A stretch of DNA of 63,970 nt, the filler included, from Octopus bimaculoides (Eukaryota), in assembly GCF_001194135.2 (NCBI RefSeq). It is 5 parts of 4 records of this genome, joined end to end, with 100 filler letters (N's around TTAATTAATTAA, not from the genome) between each part and the next. Parts side by side here need not be neighbours in the genome. Positions count along the whole stretch, not along the records: positions 15,942 to 40,271 come from NC_068984.1; positions 40,372 to 54,390 come from NC_068986.1; 3 more parts are not named here. The stretch is one strand, 5' to 3'. Each line of letters opens with the position of its first letter. Position 1 is the first letter of the stretch. The notes below the pieces were generated by a model. That model made no database searches. It saw nothing but the letters and a program-made list of their open reading frames with translations, and was not told where the DNA came from. The position numbers were made by a program, and so were the translations under genes. Positions 36,246 through 49,188 of the stretch are shown here, one piece after another.

Positions 36246-38801
36246 CATCATCATCATCATCATTGTTTAACGTCCGCTTTCCATGCTAGCATGGGTTGGA
36301 TGATTTGACTGAGGACTGGTGAACCAGATGGTCTATCCCTGGCAGAGGCCTTGGATTTTGGCCTCACTTGGCTTGCCGGGTCTTCTCACGCACAGCATAT
36401 TTCCAAAGGTCTCGATCAGAAGTCATTGCCTCGGAGAGGCCTAAAGTTCGGAGGTCGTGCTTCACCACCTCATCCCAGGTCTTCCTGGGCTTGCCTCTTC
36501 CATGGGTTCCCTCAACCGCTAGGGTGTGGCACTTTTTCACACAGCTATCCTCATCCATTCTCGCCACATGTCCATACCAGTGCAATCGTCTCTCTTGCAC
36601 ACCACAACTGATGCTTCTTAGGTTCAACTTTTCTCTCAAGATACTTACACTCTGTCGGGTATGCACACTGACATTACTCATCTATCGGAGCATACTGGCT
36701 TCATTCCTTGCAAGCTTACACATGTCCTCAGTATTGAAGGCCCATGTTTCACTGCCATGAAGCATGGCTGTTCGTAGACATGCGTCATACAGTCTGCCTT
36801 TTACTCTGAGCGAGAGGCCCTTTGTCGCCAGCAGAGGTAAGAGCTCTCTGAACTTTGCCCAGGCTATTCTTATTCTAGCAGCTACACTTTCAGCGCACCC
36901 ACTCCCACTACTAACTTGGTCACCCAGATAGTGGAAGCTATCAACTACCTCTAGTTTTTCTCCCTGGAATGAGACTGAAGTTGTTTTCTGCATATTTTCA
37001 GTGTTTATTGCACCTGAACATCGGCCACATACAAAAACTAACTTCCTAGTTAACCTGCCTTTGATATTGCNNNNNNNNNNTTTCTACATACTGAGCAGGG
37101 CCATCTACCTGAAGGGGTTTGTGTTTTATCTACCTTCCTACTTATTAGGATTTTGGTTTTAGCTAGGTTGACTCTAAGGCCCTTCAATTCTAGACCTTGC
37201 TTCCACACCTGAAACTTCTCCTCTAGTTCTGATAGTGATTCCGCAATTAGGGCAAGGTCATCAGCATAGAGGAGCTCCCAGGGGCAACCTGTCTTGAACT
37301 CCTCTGTGATTGCCTGGAGGACTATGATAAATAAGAGGGGGCTGAGGACGGAACCTTGGTGGACCCCTACCTCTACCCGGAATTCTTCGCTATACTCATT
37401 GCCAACCCTCACCTTACTGACAGCGTCTCTGTACATTGCTCGCATAGCTCTCACTAACCATTCTTCTATCCCTAGTTTCCTCATTGACTACCAGATAAGG
37501 GATCGGGGGACACTGTCAAAGGCTTTCTCCATGTCAACGAAAGCCAGGTACAGAGGCTAGGTATTTCTCCTGCAGCTGTCTTATCAGAAATATAGCATCA
37601 GTGGTGCTTTTCCCTGGCACGAACCCAAGCTGCATCTCATCTAAGCTGACTCGCTCCCTAATTAGTTGGGCTATGAGCCTCTCCGTGACTTTTATTACCT
37701 GATCCAACAACTTGATATCTCTGTAATTATTTGTATCTAAGGTGTCACCTTTACCTTTGTAACAGTTGACTATGGTGCTGCTACTCCAGTCATTGGGTAT
37801 GACTCCTTTGTGTATCACCTGGTTAACAATATAGGTGACTAGGCTATAGCCGACACTGCCAGATATTTTGAGCATCTCTGCAGTGATTCCTGATGGGCCG
37901 GGGCTTTCCTTGTCTTCATACTCATAATTACTTTATCTACCATGGAACTGTCAACTTGGATAGCTGGTCCCTGTGTTGGGTTGACATTTGGCAGACTCTC
38001 TTTCTCCCATTTATTCTCTTTATTGAGCAATCTTTCAGAGTGGCATCTCCAAGCCTCTTTCTTTGCAGCCTCATTTAGAGCAAGCGTACCAACATCGATG
38101 CGAACACATTTCTCTCCCACGACATCACGATTCTCTCTCTCACACTGTCTTGCAACACGAAATACTTCAAGTCCTTGGTCCTCATGGTGCATAACATTGG
38201 CAAACTTTTTCTTATCTGCTTCCCATCTGACTAGATAAACCTGTCTCCAACTTCCCTTCTAGCAGTCTGATACACTTCCCTGCTACCTCTGTTCTTCTAG
38301 TCCTCCCAAGACTGTTTCTTTTGTCTAATAGCCCTGTCAACCACATTGTTCCACGACCAAGTTACTTTGGGTCGAGAGGGGACTTTACACCAGCCACAGA
38401 TCTGCTCGGTGGCACTGAGTAGGTTGTCTCGTAGGAACCTCCAGTTGTCTTCCATTTTGTATGATGCTATATCCCCTTCTATTTCGTCAAATGCTTCAAG
38501 TAGTATGTCTCTAAATCTCTGTCCGTTTGCTGGATCTTTAAGTTTCCAAACCCTTCTCCTCCAAGTCGGTCTACTTCTGGGCATCCTTTTTGCCTTGATC
38601 CCGAAGTCGCTAACTACTAATCTGTGTTGAGGGGTACATTCTTCGCCAGGGAAGGTTTTGGCATTTATAAGCTGCCCTCTTTCCCTATTTCTGGCAAGGA
38701 TGTAGTCGATTTGGCTAGAGTGTCTGCCAGAGCGGTAGGTGACTAGGTGACAGGCAGGTTTCTTGAAGTTGGTATTGCAGACCATAAGATCATTTGCATC
38801 A
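36246..38801 (-). mobile_element. RTE-clade LINE, about 2.5 kb, APE C-terminus + RT + 3' tail, frameshifted
   Basis: Successive ORFs: TYRSGRHSSQIDYIL...QHRLVV (APE), MQLGFVPGKSTTDAIF, GVHQGSVLSPLLF...LLYADDL (RT), RRLHWYGHVARM; (CAT)n tail. Confidence 0.95.
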
Positions 38802-40271
38802 NNNNNNNNNNNNNNNNNNNNNNNNNNNNNNNNNNNNNNNNNNNNNNNNNNNNNNNNNNNNNNNNNNNNNNNNNNNNNNNNNNNNNNNNNNNNNNNNNNN
38901 NNNNNNNNNNNNNNNNNNNNNNNNNNNNNNNNNNNNNNNNNNNNNNNNNNNNNNNNNNNNNNNNNNNNNNNNNNNNNNNNNNNNNNNNNNNNNNNNNNNN
39001 NNNNNNNNNNNNNNNNNNNNNNNNNNNNNNNNNNNNNNNNNNNNNNNNNNNNNNNNNNNNNNNNNNNNNNNNNNNNNNNNNNNNNNNNNNNNNNNNNNNN
39101 NNNNNNNNNNNNNNNNNNNNNNNNNNNNNNNNNNNNNNNNNNNNNNNNNNNNNNNNNNNNNNNNNNNNNNNNNNNNNNNNNNNNNNNNNNNNNNNNNNNN
39201 NNNNNNNNNNNNNNNNNNNNNNNNNNNNNNNNNNNNNNNNNNNNNNNNNNNNNNNNNNNNNNNNNNNNNNNNNNNNNNNNNNNNNNNNNNNNNNNNNNNN
39301 NNNNNNNNNNNNNNNNNNNNNNNNNNNNNNNNNNNNNNNNNNNNNNNNNNNNNNNNNNNNNNNNNNNNNNNNNNNNNNNNNNNNNNNNNNNNNNNNNNNN
39401 NNNNNNNNNNNNNNNNNNNNNNNNNNNNNNNNNNNNNNNNNNNNNNNNNNNNNNNNNNNNNNNNNNNNNNNNNNNNNNNNNNNNNNNNNNNNNNNNNNNN
39501 NNNNNNNNNNNNNNNNNNNNNNNNNNNNNNNNNNNNNNNNNNNNNNNNNNNNNNNNNNNNNNNNNNNNNNNNNNNNNNNNNNNNNNNNNNNNNNNNNNNN
39601 NNNNNNNNNNNNNNNNNNNNNNNNNNNNNNNNNNNNNNNNNNNNNNNNNNNNNNNNNNNNNNNNNNNNNNNNNNNNNNNNNNNNNNNNNNNNNNNNNNNN
39701 NNNNNNNNNNNNNNNNNNNNNNNNNNNNNNNNNNNNNNNNNNNNNNNNGGGAGGGCGAGCTAAGAGAGCTTCGTCGTAGTTCCGTCAGCGGAGAGATTCG
39801 AAGACAAATTAGGATGAAGTTGGAAATTGAACTGGTTATATAGAGTTAGGGTTACGTACGAGTCGAAGAGGGAGAGGGGGAGAGAGAAGTAGTGATGCAG
39901 AGAGAGAGTGGGAGAGAGGGAAATAGTGGTGCAGAGAGAGTGAGGCAGAGAGAGAGAAAGAGGTATAGGCAACAGTACATCACGCTGGTTAAATGCCTTG
40001 GGTTTTTAGAACAAAGTTGAAAGAGACAGCAGTGTATAAATCGTGAGATTAAATGCTTAAATCGATAACATAATTGAATGAGAATTAAATCGTAATTTTT
40101 AAAGGGAGGAGAGACAAAATTTTAGACAGGTTTGGGCTTAGAGGAGCATAACTTGAATAAAGTAAAGAAAAAGCGATAACTTGAATAAGGTAAAGAAAAA
40201 AATACATAAATAAGCATGAATTTAAGACAAAACAAAGATCGAGTGTTGTTTACATGGAAAGAAATATATAG

Positions 40272-40371
40272 NNNNNNNNNNNNNNNNNNNNNNNNNNNNN
40301 NNNNNNNNNNNNNNNTTAATTAATTAANNNNNNNNNNNNNNNNNNNNNNNNNNNNNNNNNNNNNNNNNNNN
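40272..40371. other. Artificial scaffold spacer (44 N + TTAATTAATTAA + 44 N)
   Basis: Same construct as 7998-8097. Confidence 0.95.
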
Positions 40372-40546
40372 GGTGTGTTTACGTCCTCGTAGCTTAGCAG
40401 TTCGGCAAAAGAGGCCGATAGAATAAGTACTAGGCTTACAAAGAATAAGTCGTGGAGGCGATTTGCTCGACTAAAGGCGGTGCTCCAGCATGGCCGCAGT
40501 CAAATGACTGAAACAAGTAAAAGTGTGAAAGAGTAAAGAGTAAAGA
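40372..40546 (+). mobile_element. SINE family A, 3' half
   Basis: Colinear with 2020-2185. Confidence 0.85.
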
Positions 40547-42101
40547 GTATATATCCAAGAAAGGGGTTGTGAATCCAACCCACTAAGGAATAATATCTAT
40601 CCAATATACTGCCGGAAGAATATCCAATTATTATTACACTAGTGTTTTTTCTTTATATTACCAAGTACAATAAATGGGTGCGGGTAAAAAGATATTTTAC
40701 CATTGATTTATATAGAAATAAGAAGATGGAGGGGAATAGGTGGTATTCATCAACTTGCAAACATTGTATTGTGTCAATTTACTTGTTTATTTGTTTACTA
40801 AAAGGACAATAATCACAATATACAATCACATGCGACAAAACAGAGTAACTCATCACAGGTTTATAGCAGTTTGGATATTATTGTTAGAATTCTCACGAAC
40901 TAATTGTATAAATTCCTCCATTATAAATATAATTTTGTTAGAATTATAACGATACGAACCAATGCACCAGTCCTCCATTCCAAACGCAACTAATGCGTAT
41001 GTACCAATGAAGATGTCTATACGAAAATGTTTATGTATACATACGTGTATGTATGTATGTATGTATGTATGTATGTATGTATGTGTGGGTGGGTATATAT
41101 ATGTGTCCTACTCATGTATAATAACACTATTAATTGACTCATTGGTGTGCATGTATGGACATTTGTGTATGTACATCTAAATGTACATATATGTATTTAT
41201 GTATTTATGTTTATTTATGTATATTTATGTATATGTTAAAGTATGCATATATATGTAAGTCTTTACGGCTTTTATATTTTTATATTTGGATATTTTAAAA
41301 TAACCTTATGAACTTTATAAAATCTCTGAAGAGGCCGAGAGAACCATCCATGTACCTCTATTTCATCTATTTCATCTATTTCATCTATTAATTACGTCAG
41401 CCTACTGGAGTTATATAGATAGAATGAGGCATGTCACCTCTAGACTAAAAAAGCTGTAAGTCATTGTCCCATTTTCTGTCACTGGATGTCCTTTTTTAAT
41501 TACTGATATGACATAATGTCGCATGTGTTTGTATATTGTTATTATTGTCCTTTTAGTATGTCATCAAAGTGACACTGGAGTACAAATACATGAAACCCAA
41601 TATACCTATCATGACTACCCGTCTGATAAGAGTACACCGGGCACATGGATCACAGCCATATGTGCGTGACATAGTGATCTCATATCAAGATAAACAGCAC
41701 ATGACTAGAAGGTGGGGTCCAGTTAGAATTTTCTTCAGGTTGAGTAGCTCATCTCGCTAAAAGGTCCTTCAATAAGGTTTGTTTAAGGATGAACAAAAGA
41801 CCCATGTTTCCAGAGATGAATCATCCAAACCCCAAAGCATTCCTCTCAACACATGCCTGTGATGCTCCCTCACTAATCCTGCTCCTGATCAGAGATGTAC
41901 ATTTCGTCAACCACTTGTTTAAGGTCAAACAACTGACAAAGCAAAGCTGTGGTGTTGAGCAGAATATGTGTTGTAGCCCATCTTTTATACCAAGGCGAAA
42001 CATATACATGATAACATTTCCAATAAGCTAAGATCAGAAGCCATGAGAGCTAGTGCCTAGAACTGCATCAGTGCATTTATTATTGTTGTTGTTGTTGTTA
42101 A

Positions 42102-42301
42102 GGCGGCGAGCTGGCAGAAACGTTAGCACGCTGGACGAAATGCTTAGCGGTATTTCGTCTGCCGCTACGTTCTGAATTCAAATTCCGCCGAGGTCGATTT
42201 TGCCTTTCATCCTTTCGGGGTCAATTAAATAAGTACCAGTCATACACTGGGGTCGAGGTAATCGGCGTAATCCCCTTCCCCAAGCTACCTTGTGGAAAAA
42301 C

Positions 42302-42368
<67 letters not shown>

Positions 42369-42600
42369 CATCATCATCATTATTATTCAGGTGGTGAGCT
42401 GGCAGAGTCGTTAGCACACTGAAGGAAATGCTTAGCGGCATTTCGCCCGTCTTTACGTTCTGAGTTCAAATTCCGTCGAGGTCGACTTTGCCTTTCATTC
42501 TTTCGGGGTCGATAAATTAAGTACCAGTGAAACACTGGGGTCGGTGTAAACGACTTAAACCCTCCCCCCAAATTTTAAGCCTTGTTCCTATAGTAGAAAG
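42102..42600 (+). mobile_element. Two SINE family B copies (42102-42300, 42390-42600) separated by (TTA)n
   Basis: Heads ggcggcgagctggcagaa / ggtggtgagctggcagag, B box gttcaaattcc-like, Deu/Nin-like core. Confidence 0.85.
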
Positions 42601-43789
42601 GATTATAATTATTATTATTATTATTGAAATTTCTAATCCTTTTCCAAGATATGCATGGTCAAATCTCTGACTGTTTCGTGATAATTTTATCAATCCAATA
42701 CACTGTTTTGATTTAGATAGGTTTTCATAACAATATATAAATAGATAGCGGAACTCGTACAACGCTGGACATAATGAAATATTTAATTACGTCCTTCATA
42801 TTCTGATTTAAATCATACATTTTATAGCTGCGTCAGGGAGACATACTGTTCCCATTAACTTCCGTAGAATCCGAACCCAGAAAGTTTGGTGCTGTTTATA
42901 TTCAACATAGACATCTGCAAGTCGACGTCTTAAAGAATATATGTGAGTGGAAATGGTTTTCAGGAGAGTTAATATTCTAAGGTGAATTCGAAATTGTGTA
43001 ACGCCAAGATAGTAAGACACAACAATGTGACAACTAGGAAATACACGGATATTTTTAGTGGATTTGAAAGGTGTTATGAATCTACGCTGTTCAAGAGATC
43101 AGAGGCCGTTGTGGTGTCTCCAGTATCGTTAAATTTAGTTACAGTCAATTATTGAAAAAGGATTTTCTATTGTCTGTGCCCTCCAAGCAAATTTTCAGCC
43201 ATTGTTATTAGAAAACGTTAGAAGTTAATGGATTTCAAAATCATGATTTCCATCTCAAACCCGATGCTACGATAAGTCACCTTGAATACAGCATAATTTA
43301 TTTCATAACATTAAGAGCTATTCTTTTAATTTAACATTAGCATCTTTACAATCAACGTTAGGGAAGAACAAATTTAGCAAAAAATATTAGCAAAAAATAT
43401 TTAGCAAAAAATGATTAAGGTTTTCCTCTGAAAACCATTTTTTTTTTTTTTTTTTTTACCTAAAGACTGAAATTTCCTTCAGATTAAGAATTGCGGATTT
43501 AATCAAACAAATGTAACAACATAACAGCAAAATCATATTTTATTTCCACGTCAATAATTTCTCACATGAAATATAGTTTTTAAAAAATACGAATTATTTG
43601 GTAAAAAAAAATGTGAATTCACATAGTATTAAACGAGTACAATTGAACCAACGAAGGAGATCTACTTGCTGTAAATAGCAATCAAGTTTCTCACAAACTA
43701 CGCACTATTTTCTTTAAAAGAAGACATGATGTGGACAATTTAGCCATAGATATTACAAAAAAGACGGTCTGAATTTCTCAAGTGAGAAA

Positions 43790-43953
43790 TTATTGTTATT
43801 CGTACCCGTAATTTAGTGGTTCAGCAAAAGAGACCGATAGAACAAGTACCAGGCTTTCAAAAAATAAGTATTGGGGTCGATTCATGCAACAAAAAACTCT
43901 TCAATGCAGTGCCCCAGTATGACTGCAGTCTAATGACTGGAACAAGTAAAAGG
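43790..43953 (+). mobile_element. SINE family A-related 3' half
   Basis: gttcagcaaaagagaccgatagaacaagtacc...aatgactggaacaagtaaaag. Confidence 0.7.
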
Positions 43954-44469
43954 TAAGGTTTATTAGTTCAGAACACACAACGGGACTAAGCAAGATCTAG
44001 TGGTGATGGTGGGGATGAGGTGGTGGTGGTGGTGGTAGTTCTGTGGGTTGCAGGCGATTAAAATTTTTTAGGTGTAGTACGAATCGTGGTAGTCTGCATT
44101 TCGTTGTTGTCCCGAATGTTTCCAAGTTTTCTGGAGATCCTAGATCTATATGCTTATTAAGTTTGATTAGTGTAAAAAAAAAATCGCGTGTTGGACGTTC
44201 ACAGCGCTCAGTTTTAAAGCCTCTGCATCTCTAGCCACAACCGTGTTGAGATAATTGACAATCAATCCGGTTGTAGAGAGATGCTGGTGACACAGTCTGT
44301 CGTGGTCCTATCTACCATCTTATTTCAGTCGATAAATTAAGGACCAGGGCAGAACGGTAGATCGGCAGCATCGTTAGGAAGTTGGATAAAATACCTTTCA
44401 GTATCCGTTCCCGCTCTTTGTGTTTCAAGTTCAATTCTACCCCCAGGATTCGAAATAATGCATATATCG

Positions 44470-44620
44470 TTTATTTGTTACAGTCACTTGGCTACAGCCA
44501 TGCTAAGGTACCGCCTTGAAGAATTTTAGTCGTGCGAATCGACTCCAGTACTTAACCATTTTTAGTCTGGTACATATTCTATCGGATTCTTGGGCCGAAG
44601 CGCTCACTTGGACGTAAACA
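44470..44620 (-). mobile_element. SINE family A 3' half, degenerate
   Basis: cagtcacttggctacagccatgctaaggtaccgcc...gtacatattctatcgg. Confidence 0.6.
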
Positions 44621-44782
44621 ATACAATATTGTTGCGATAAAATTGCAAAAACTTCAAATAATCTCTGAAAATCTTGCAAGAGAAAATTTTTAAGAAATAA
44701 AAAAAAAACATTGCTTAGATTTGAATACAGAAAAGTTAAACGGATGAAGTGTGAGTCAAAATACTATAAGTTTCTGATATAC

Positions 44783-45097
44783 TTTTCTACTCTAGGCACA
44801 AGGCCCGAAATTTTGGGGGAGGAGGCCAGTCGATTAGATCGACCCCAGTGCACATTTGGTACTTAATTTAAGTTTGTAATATAGAGAAATATAAGACAGC
44901 GAGCTGGCAAAATCGTTAGCACGGCGGGCGAAATGTTTAGCGGCATTTCAACCGTCTTTACTTTTCTCAGTTCAAATTCCGCCGGGGTCTACTTTGCCCT
45001 TCATCCTATCGGAGTCGCTAAAATAAGTACCAGTTGAGTACTGGAGCCGATTCAATCTCCCAAAATTGCTGGCCTTGTGCCAAAATTTGAAACCAAT
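44783..45097. mobile_element. Inverted pair of SINE family B copies (44783-44875 minus, 44898-45097 plus)
   Basis: ggcacaaggcc...gtacttaatt versus ataagtacc...ggccttgtgcc. Confidence 0.75.
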
Positions 45098-45459
45098 ATA
45101 GAGAAATATAACGAAGACGTCTCTATTTGTCCTACCAGTGAAGCCAGCCCTTAACTCCAAATGTAGCAGTTTAAAACCGATCAGAGATATAACCCAGGGA
45201 ATAAAACATACATTTGAAACTGTGTGGTTGAACCACTTGCTAAAAATAGCAGCCAAATATCCTGCTACATAAACACTATCGATTTTAAAAAAGAATGTAT
45301 TTGGAAATGTAAACGTAGATAACGCCAAAAGTTGGAATGATCAAGGGTGAGATGCTTTTGATCATAAGGTTGCTTACCCAAGGATGGCCTTAAGCTAACC
45401 AACTACAGCAGCAACAATAACAACAAAGAATACGACACAATAAAGATGGAAACTCTGCA

Positions 45460-46117
45460 TCAATCATTTTTGACCTATGGACCCCTTTGATTCGCATTGT
45501 ACTCTACCGGACCCCATACACATTCGATGCTTTAAAAAGTTCCAGGAGTGGCTGTGTGGGAAGTAACTTGCTTACCAACCACATGATTCCGGGTTCAGTC
45601 CCACTGCGTGGCACCTTGAGCAAGTGTCTGCTACTATAGCCTCGGGCCGACCAAAGCCTTGTGAGTGGATTTGGTAGACGGAAACTGAAAGAAGCCCATC
45701 GTATTGATATATACATGTGTGTGAGTGTATGAATGTATGTATGTGTATATGTTTCTGTGTCTGTGTTTGTCTCCACGCGCCAGAATCGCTTGACAACCGA
45801 TGCTGGTGCGTTTACATCCCCATAACTCAGCGGTTCGGCAAAAGCGATCGATAGAATAAGTACTAGATTTACAAAGAATAAGTCCTCGGTCGATTTGCTC
45901 GACTAAAAGTGGTGCTCCAGCATGGCTGCAGTTAAATGGCTGAAGCAAATAAAAGAATATAAGAATAAAAGAACATTTTCATAATTAGATAGTATTAAAA
46001 AAATTGTTGAAATATTTTGTGTATTGTAAAAATTATAAACAAACTGCACATAACTTTTAACAGCAGAATCTTATATGGACTTTCAAGGCTTACATGGACC
46101 CCGGTTGAGAACCACTG
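45460..46117. mobile_element. hAT-type MITE split by a SINE family A insertion (45543-45972)
   Basis: Both halves align to the intact MITE at 57369-57608; right end ggttgagaaccactg. Confidence 0.6.
45543..45972 (+). mobile_element. SINE family A, full length
   Basis: Colinear with 1767-2185. Confidence 0.85.
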
Positions 46118-46125
46118 ATCTGCTT

Positions 46126-46370
46126 GTGGAGGTATGTGGCTTAATGGTTAGGGTATCGGACTCATGTGGTTTCGATTCCTGGACCGGGTGACGCGTTGTG
46201 TCCTTAAGCAAAACACTTTATTTCAGGTTGTTCCAGTCCATTCAGCTGGCGAAAATGAGTAATTCTGCAACGGACCGGTGTCCCATCCAGGTGGGGAATA
46301 TATGTGCCATGAAACCGGGAAACCATAGCCCTTATGAGTCGGTATGACTCGAGAAAATAACTTTACTTTA
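46126..46370 (+). mobile_element. tRNA-derived SINE family D (Meta/V-domain-like)
   Basis: Head gtggaggtatgtggcttaatggttaggg, similar to the family C head; body ttgtgtccttaagcaaaacac and ggaccggtgtcccatccagg; ctgatct occurs on both flanks. Confidence 0.6.
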
Positions 46371-46394
46371 CTGATCTACATGGACACTAACCTT

Positions 46395-46885
46395 GCTACC
46401 ATCAGCGGCCAAGTTCCTTCAAATCACACTCTCAAAAGAAGTAAGGACATATTGAATAACAGTCTTGGATATGCACTGTCTGAATATAAGAACGGATGGT
46501 CGTACATGGAACGCTGTTGATCATGTCTGCTCTACCAGTGCTGACCTGGAGCTAAACAACTACAATAACAGCCACCGTGCGCAGATAAGGGAAACTTGAC
46601 ATGGTCACCCGATCTACAAGAAATAGCACACAAATCTCCCTCAAATCACATCCTATCGTTATGAAAAAAAAAAAAGGCAGGATACATTGGCTAATGTAGT
46701 CCTAGATATATGATGGCTGAAAATAAACTGGAGGCGGTTATCGCTAGAATACCATTATTCATATTTGATTGATCAGGATTGATCTTAGGCTAAACAAAAA
46801 CAGACACAGTTATTACCTCGAACCAACGAGGGAAGGCCTCTATGCGGCCACCCGACCTACTAGAAATAACAGCAAAATACCCTTA
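46395..46885 (+). repeat. Cluster of an unclassified interspersed repeat (family E)
   Basis: Motifs aaatagcagccaaatctccctcaaatcacac and ...gctaaacaac recur at 18370-18410, 23185-23225, 43645-43765, 45145-45270 and 55990-56170. Confidence 0.5.
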
Positions 46886-46919
46886 ACGCACACCCTGAAA
46901 TACCCTTAAACCACAGCGC

Positions 46920-47035
46920 CACTAACACCACCCTGGCCGCACAAATACTATCACTGTAACACTCACCGCACCAATACTGCTACCAGTAACACCACCACCA
47001 CTACACCAATACTACGACCAGCACCAGCATTGTAA

Positions 47036-47077
<42 letters not shown>

Positions 47078-48296
47078 AACTACCACTATTATCACCACCA
47101 CATCTATGCTACCACCACCACTAATACTATCATCACTACCAAACTAATTCTGTCACAAAAACCATCATTAACTAACCCATTAGCTCGCTTAAAGAAGAGG
47201 AAGACAAGAAGGAGGAAGAGAGAGTAGGTGAAAGAAGAGAAGGGCAGTGGGAAGGGGAAGAGGTGGGCACGGAAGCGAAAAGGGAAGCGTGGAAGAAGAT
47301 AAAGGAAGGAGGAGTCCTAAATTATAAAAATTATAGAAGGCGCTAAGAAAGAGAAAAAAATTGGTCGTTGTCCTCCCCTATCACAACCCCGCGCCCTTCC
47401 CAACACCTTCAAAAACACAAACAAGCCATTAATTGGGGGACTTTGGTTTATTTTGAAGGTTTAGGGTTACTGTCTTGTATATAGGGAGAGAGAGAAAGGG
47501 CTGGAAACGTAAACAGGGGAATTAATCTGATGGGTCTGACGGATTTCGGCGAACGGGTACGTTTGTAATAGAAACGTTGTGTAGGAAGCAATTTAATGGG
47601 CCTCCCTCCATCGGCTGGTCGGCGGCGGTGGCGGCAGCGGCGGTGGTGGTGGCGGCAGCGNNNNNNNNNNNNNNNNNNNNNNNNNNNNNNNNNNNNNNNN
47701 NNNNNNNNNNNNNNNNNNNNNNNNNNNNNNNNNNNNNNNNNNNNNNNNNNNNNNNNNNNNNNNNNNNNNNNNNNNNNNNNNNNNNNNNNNNNNNNNNNNN
47801 NNNNNNNNNNNNNNNNNNNNNNNNNNNNNNNNNNNNNNNNNNNNNNNNNNNNNNNNNNNNNNNNNNNNGGTGATAGTGATAGCATAGTGCTCGTCAAGTC
47901 GTTGTTGTGATAGCGGCGATGGCTGTGGTTGTAGTGGTGTTGGTTGTCGTTGACATGTGGTGGTGATGATGATGATGGTGGTGGTAGCGGTGATGCGAAG
48001 ATGGCAGGAGCGGTTGCCGCTGCCGCTGTTACTGATGATGATGATGACGACAATGCCAAAGATGTTGATGATAACGATGATGATGATGACGACAACGTTA
48101 ACGATAATGAAGATCACGATGATTACCACGACGACGACGACGATGTCAATGATGATCGTGATCATGATCAAGATTATGATGATGATTGTGGCAGCGGAGG
48201 TCTTGGTATAATTGTTGTTGTAGTGGCTATAGTGGGTGTGTGTCGGCGGTGACATTGTAAGTAATATTTATAGGTAAGAGGCAGGGACAGAAAAAA

Positions 48297-48364
<68 letters not shown>

Positions 48365-48410
48365 GAGAGAGACAGAGAGAAGGAAAGAAGGAACGAACGA
48401 ACGAACGAAT
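46920..48410. repeat. Low-complexity block: (CAC/CTA)n, (GGC)n, (GAT)n, (GA/GACA)n
   Basis: Directly visible; explains the repetitive ORFs at 47448-48255. Confidence 0.85.
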
Positions 48411-49188
48411 AAGAATAGCGAGGGGTGTACAACATCTTGAAGATAAAGACTATTTCGGTCTTTATCTCATATTATTTTCAAATACTGCCGACACTCACAA
48501 ATGTAATAACAGTGGTTATTAAAGAAAAAAAAACTCGTTCTCGATTATCTTCTTTGATTGTTGTATTTACTTTTACAGGGCTGCCAATGTAAAGCTTTTC
48601 GCATTAAAATATTGTGCGTTTTTACTAAATTCAGTGGCAAAATCCATTGAGTTATGAACCTGTGTAATTTTAGTGCTTTTTATATATATATATAATTTAA
48701 TGTTAAGGATAATGCTTTTCCATTAAAGTGAAATCAGAATCTCTGAATTTCTACAGGAATTTTAGTCAAAATCAGAAGCTTAGAAATACTTGAAAATCGT
48801 CAAAGACTGAAAATGTTTGAAGGACGAATACCACTAAATAAAGAACGATTCTTTTTTTGTTTCTCCCTTTTTCCAATACTTTTAATTTCTTTATTACATA
48901 CAAACTTAAAAACCATGCTCCACTAGAACTAGGCTTACACTTGTTGAGGACTACTTGAGCCTTTGGCTTATATAGCTAAGGGTTTACAGTAATAAATATC
49001 ATTTTAATGAGCAAACAATTTATTGAGGTAAACAATAAAAACTATAAAATATAGCTATCACAAACAATTTGAGATCATTCGAAGGAAGCGGGGTAAAACA
49101 ACATTTTGACTATTTATTATTTATATAAATTAGAAATAACGAATTTCTAAATCTCTCAGTGAGACTTAAGCAGTAGTGATGCGATAAA

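Noticed and set aside
2188-39843. Long ORFs in the supplied track that run through X stretches (e.g. 2188-3354, 8415-9386, 10679-11866, 12498-13473, 38747-39843)
   Set aside because: They are open only because N gaps contain no stops.
41325-41345. ctctgaagaggcc as another hammerhead
   Set aside because: No downstream GAAA, stem III or stem I partner.
39840-47470. TTAGGG telomeric motifs near 39846 and 47460
   Set aside because: Single occurrences, not arrays.
6451-48255. Poly-D/M/H/S and YI/CV/LS repeat ORFs
   Set aside because: Translations of microsatellites; no splice or homology support.
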